Translations under genes and position numbers: made by a program
Notes under the pieces: model-generated
Database searches by the model: none
Told to the model about the DNA's origin: nothing
The model's input: only the letters and a program-made list of their open reading frames with translations
Source: Alphaproteobacteria bacterium
GTDB lineage: Bacteria > Pseudomonadota > Alphaproteobacteria > UBA828
NCBI GenBank assembly: GCA_965214705.1
Contig: CBDCCI010000002.1
Location: forward strand, 768,001 to 832,000
Direction of reading: 5' to 3'
DNA length: 64,000 bases
In this document: piece after piece, positions 60,063-64,000 of the stretch
Layout: each line of letters opens with the position of its first letter
Numbering within the stretch: the first letter of the stretch is position 1

Positions 60063-61633
60063 GCCTCTGCCCCGCGCTCGACATCCCGGCCAGCTCTCTC
60101 GTGGGTGCCCGCCATCAGCAGGCCGATCCGTTCCGGGCTGAGCTCTCCCGCCGGGTAGGCGTCCGACAGCTCGCCGCGCGAGATCACCGCGATGCGATCG
60201 GCGACCTCGAAGATCTCGTCGAGGTCCTGGCTGATCATCAGCACCGCCGAGCCGCTCCGCGCCATGTCCACCAGGGACTGGCGAATGAACGCCGCCGCGC
60301 CCGCATCGACTCCCCAGGTCGGCTGATGCACCACCAGGATGCGAGGCCTGCGGGTCATCTCGCGGCCGACGACGAACTTCTGCAGGTTGCCGCCGGAGAG
60401 CGCGCTCGCTTCAGGATCGGCCAGGTTCTTGCGCACGTCGTAGTGCTCGGCGACGCCGGCCATCACATCCTTTGCCGCGCTACGGTTGATCAGGCCGTGC
60501 CGCACGACATCGTTACCGACGGCATGGTGGGTGAGAACGAGGTTCTCCGAGAGCGGAAGGTCCGCAATGGCGGCGTGGCCGACGCGCTCCTCCGGCACGA
60601 AGGCGGCATCGCGTCGGCGCCTCTGCGTGATGTTATCGCGGCCGCAGGGTGCGCCCGCCAGCTTGACCGCATCCGCAGACTTGCTCGTTCGCTCGCCCGA
60701 GATGGCGTCGAAGAGCTCCGACTGGCCGTTGCCCGCGACCCCCGCGATCGCGACGATCTCGCCGGACCGAACCGCGAGATCGATGCTCTTCAACGCAACG
60801 CCGAAGGGGTCATCGGTCGGCATGGAGAGGCCGTCGAGCTCGAGCAGAGGCGCCCCGGTTGCCGCACCGCTCCCCGACTGGAGTGCTGCGACGTCGGTGC
60901 CGATCATGTGCCTGGCGAGGGAGGCGGCGGATTCCTGCTGTGGATCGACCCGCGCCACCAGGCGTCCCAGGCGCAGGATCGTCGCGTCGTGGCAGAGGCG
61001 CTTCACCTCTTCCAGGCGGTGGGAGATGTAGAGCACCGCGCAGCCTTCGCCGGCCAGGCGCTCCAGGGTGACGAAGAGCTGATCCGCCTCCTGTGGAGTC
61101 AGGACTGCGGTGGGCTCGTCCAGGATCAGTAGGCGCGGCTCCTGCAAGAGGCAGCGCACGACCTCGATGCGCTGGCGCTCGCCCACCGAAAGATCCGCCA
61201 CGAGCGCGCCGGGCCGAAGCGGCAGGCCGTAGTCGGCGGAGACCGTCTCGATCCGCCCGGCCAGCGCCTTCAGGTCCCGCTCCCCCTTGAGCGCAAGCGC
61301 GATGTTCTGCGTGACGGTGAGCGCATCGAACAGCGAGAAGTGCTGGAACACCATGCCAATGCCCAGATCCCGCGCTGCCGCCGGATTCGAGATCGTCACC
61401 GGCGCGCCCTGCCAGAAGAGCGCTCCCGACGTGGGCTGCAGGGCACCGTAGATGATCTTCACCAGGGTGGACTTGCCGGCGCCGTTCTCCCCCAGCAGCG
61501 CGTGTATCTCGCCGGGCTTCAGGCTCAAGTCGATATCGTCATTGGCCCGAAGATCGCCGAAGAGCTTGACGATGTTGCGGGCTTCGAGAATGTACGCGCC
61601 CGCAGCCGTCTCGTTGCCGTTGTCCGCTGACAT
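60059..61633 (-). CDS. Nucleoside/sugar ABC ATP-binding protein (two ATPase domains)
   Basis: GENGAGKST, LSVGERQR, DEPTAVL and LSGGNLQK motifs. Confidence 0.95.
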   Translation of the reverse strand: MSADNGNETAAGAYILEARNIVKLFGDLRANDDIDLSLKPGEIHALLGENGAGKSTLVKIIYGALQPTSGALFWQGAPVTISNPAAARDLGIGMVFQHFSLFDALTVTQNIALALKGERDLKALAGRIETVSADYGLPLRPGALVADLSVGERQRIEVVRCLLQEPRLLILDEPTAVLTPQEADQLFVTLERLAGEGCAVLYISHRLEEVKRLCHDATILRLGRLVARVDPQQESAASLARHMIGTDVAALQSGSGAATGAPLLELDGLSMPTDDPFGVALKSIDLAVRSGEIVAIAGVAGNGQSELFDAISGERTSKSADAVKLAGAPCGRDNITQRRRRDAAFVPEERVGHAAIADLPLSENLVLTHHAVGNDVVRHGLINRSAAKDVMAGVAEHYDVRKNLADPEASALSGGNLQKFVVGREMTRRPRILVVHQPTWGVDAGAAAFIRQSLVDMARSGSAVLMISQDLDEIFEVADRIAVISRGELSDAYPAGELSPERIGLLMAGTHERAGRDVERGAEA

Positions 61634-61674
61634 CGCGCTTATGTTCGTCCGCTCCGGCCCCGCGGCACGGGGCC

Positions 61675-62664
61675 TTAGGGCGAGGCTTCCGCGCTGTGTG
61701 CCGAGAGCGTCATCGCATCCCTGCGACGCAGCAGATCCGCGACCACCGATGCGGCAATGACCGCCGGCTGTTTCGACGTAACGCCGTCGATGCCGATGGG
61801 GCAGACCAACCGCTCGATATCGTCGCCCGCCAGGCCCGCCTGCCGCATGCGGCTGATAAAGCGAGCCTTCTTCGACGCCGAGCCGATCAGGCCAACATAG
61901 CCGAACCGCCTTGCCCTGAGCGCAGCGCGGACCACGTCGAAGTCGAGCGCATGGCTATGCGACATCACCAGCACGAAAGCACCGTCGGGCACCCCGTCAA
62001 GCTCGGCCGCCGGTTCCGCCGCCACGACGACCCGCACGTCGCCCGGTACGATGGCAGGAAATTCGTTCTTCCGAGGATCGATCCACACCACGCTGAAGTC
62101 GAGCGGCGCGAGCGCGATGATCATGGCGCGGCCGACATGGCCGGCGCCGATCAGCGCCAGAACCTGTTTACGTGTCCCGAAGCGCTCCAGCAGACGTCCG
62201 TCCGCCGCAAACAGGCTGTCTTCGCCGCCCGGCAGATCGCGCTCCAGAATGGTCCGCTCCACGCACTGCTCGGTGATGCGGCCCTCGGTGGTGAAAAGTC
62301 CGGCCTTTTCGGCTTCGGCGAGCGCCTGCACCTCGGAGGTCCGTTCGGGCGTGAACACTTCCAGCAGCATGCGCACCGAGCCGCCGCAGCACTGGCCGAG
62401 ATCGGGGCCGAGCGCCATTCGGGATAGACTCACCGGAGGAGCGTCCCCCTCTGCTACGCCCTTCGCCAACGCTGCGCGGGCGCGCTCGATCGCCTGCCAT
62501 TCCAGCGTGCCGCCGCCGATGGTGCCGGCGAACGAGCCGTTCTCCAGCACGACCATGCGCGCGCCGGGTTCGCGCGGCGCCGAGCCCTTAGCGTCGACGA
62601 TGCTGACCAGGGCGCAGTTCTGCTCTTCGCGGAGCGCCCGGCCGATGGTCGCCCAGGTCTTCAT
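61675..62664 (-). CDS. xdhC: Xanthine dehydrogenase accessory protein
   Basis: GSAPRE, GTIGGGTLE, LGQCCGG, GAGHVG, GLIGSASK and CPIG motifs. Confidence 0.93.
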   Translation of the reverse strand: MKTWATIGRALREEQNCALVSIVDAKGSAPREPGARMVVLENGSFAGTIGGGTLEWQAIERARAALAKGVAEGDAPPVSLSRMALGPDLGQCCGGSVRMLLEVFTPERTSEVQALAEAEKAGLFTTEGRITEQCVERTILERDLPGGEDSLFAADGRLLERFGTRKQVLALIGAGHVGRAMIIALAPLDFSVVWIDPRKNEFPAIVPGDVRVVVAAEPAAELDGVPDGAFVLVMSHSHALDFDVVRAALRARRFGYVGLIGSASKKARFISRMRQAGLAGDDIERLVCPIGIDGVTSKQPAVIAASVVADLLRRRDAMTLSAHSAEASP

Positions 62665-62673
62665 CTCATCACC

Positions 62674-64000
62674 TCACGCATCCCGCATGGAGCGGATCGC
62701 GCGGGTGATTGCTTCCGGCGTCGCCGGCGCGTCGAGCGCCGGCACCCGCCCAGGATTGAGGCTGGCGATGGCGTTCGAGATCGCCGAGAACACCGAGATC
62801 GCCAGCATCAGGGGCGGCTCGCCCACCGCCTTCGAGCGGTAGATGGTCGCCTCCCTGTTGCCCTTGGACTTCCACAGCGAAACCCGGAAGTCCTCCGGCA
62901 CATCGCTCGCGACCGGTATCTTGTAGGTGGAGGGCGCGTGGGTGGTGAGCCGGCCCTTCGCATCGAACACCAGCTCTTCGGTGGTGAGCCAGCCCATGCC
63001 CTGCACGAAGCCGCCTTCGATCTGGCCGATGTCGATCGCGGGATTGAGCGAATTGCCGACATCGTGCAGAAGGTCCACCCGATCCACTCGCATCTCTCCG
63101 GTCAGCGTATCGATCGTCACCTCCGAGCAGGCGGCGCCGTAGGCGAAGTAGAGGAACGGCCGACCGCTCGCCGACGCACGGTCCCAGGTGATCTTCGGCG
63201 TCGCGAAGTAACCGGTCGAAGAGAGCGAGACCCGTTCGAGGAAGCAGGTCTTGGCCAGCTCGGCGAAGGGGATGTCCCGCTTGCCGACCGTGACCGTGCC
63301 ACCAGCGAAGCGGACCTGCGCCTTGGGCACCTGGTAGAGCCGGCCGGCCAGAGCGGCCATGCGGTCCTTGATTGTGGCGGCTGCCCGCTTCGCCGCCATG
63401 CCGTTCAGATCGGAGCCCGACGACGCGGCTGTGGGGGTGGTGTTGGGCACCATGTCGGTCTTGGTCGCAGTGATCCTCACCTGCTCGAAGTCGATGCCGA
63501 ACTCCTCCGCCACCACCTGCGCCACCTTGGTGTGGAGCCCCTGCCCCATCTCGGTGCCGCCGTGGTTCACCAGCACGGAGCCGTCGGTATAGACGTGCAC
63601 CAGCGCGCCCGCCTGGTTGAGGTGCTTCAGCGTGAAGGCGATCCCGAACTTCACGGGCGTGAGCGACATCCCTTTCTTAAGAAAGCGGTTGCTCTCGTTG
63701 AAAGCGGCGATGCCGCTGCGCCGCTCCCGGTAGCCGCTGGTCTTCTCCAGCTCGCGCACCAGCCGCGGCAGGATGTTGTCGCCCACCTTCATGCCATAGG
63801 GCGTGATGTCCCGCCCGCGGCCGTAGAGGTTGCGCTTGCGCACGTCCAGCGGGTCGAGGCCGAGCCTGCAGGCGATGTCGTCCATCATCCGCTCGGCCAG
63901 CATCATGCCTTGCGGCCCGCCGAACCCCCTGAACGCAGTGTTCGAGACCGTGTCGGTCTTGACCCGCCGCGAAAGGATCCGCGCGCTCGGATAGAAGTAG
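62674..64000 (-). CDS. xdhB: Xanthine dehydrogenase molybdopterin subunit; 5' part lies outside the window
   Basis: NTAFRGFGGPQG, PVKFGIAF, HGGTEMGQG, TAASSGSDLNG, GQIEGGFVQG and SKAVGEPP motifs. Confidence 0.96.
   Translation of the reverse strand, partial: YFYPSARILSRRVKTDTVSNTAFRGFGGPQGMMLAERMMDDIACRLGLDPLDVRKRNLYGRGRDITPYGMKVGDNILPRLVRELEKTSGYRERRSGIAAFNESNRFLKKGMSLTPVKFGIAFTLKHLNQAGALVHVYTDGSVLVNHGGTEMGQGLHTKVAQVVAEEFGIDFEQVRITATKTDMVPNTTPTAASSGSDLNGMAAKRAAATIKDRMAALAGRLYQVPKAQVRFAGGTVTVGKRDIPFAELAKTCFLERVSLSSTGYFATPKITWDRASASGRPFLYFAYGAACSEVTIDTLTGEMRVDRVDLLHDVGNSLNPAIDIGQIEGGFVQGMGWLTTEELVFDAKGRLTTHAPSTYKIPVASDVPEDFRVSLWKSKGNREATIYRSKAVGEPPLMLAISVFSAISNAIASLNPGRVPALDAPATPEAITRAIRSMRDA

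Overview
High-GC, probably alphaproteobacterial window (inferred from the xdh/puuD/uraD/guaD cluster and REP-like repeats). It has three parts. (1) 1-12.1 kb is a decayed defence/TA island: the end of a RIT element, an AEP-primase-helicase, a Zn-ribbon-HEPN protein, AbiE-like and VapBC pieces, and IS1380 and IS1595 sequences. (2) 12.4-34.7 kb is the most interesting part. With the inserted elements (ISKra4-like, a MITE, IS1380, IS91-like, IS1634) removed at their visible junctions, a co-oriented locus appears: an FG-GAP/ASPIC-UnbV plus vanadium-haloperoxidase fusion, two paralogous secreted 12-Cys proteins behind a duplicated leader, TolC, a PAS-fused membrane-fusion protein, a MacB-type ABC exporter and a vitamin-K-dependent carboxylase (HTTM) homolog, followed by a convergent DCC1-like thiol-disulfide oxidoreductase. 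This is a candidate undescribed system for modifying and exporting disulfide-rich proteins. The functional link is inferred from gene context only. (3) 34.7-64 kb holds IS scars, HicAB, a cyclitol/sugar catabolic cluster split by a MauG-like module and RelBE, glpK/glpD, and a purine uptake and catabolism operon. All family assignments come from motif recognition by eye; no database searches were run.
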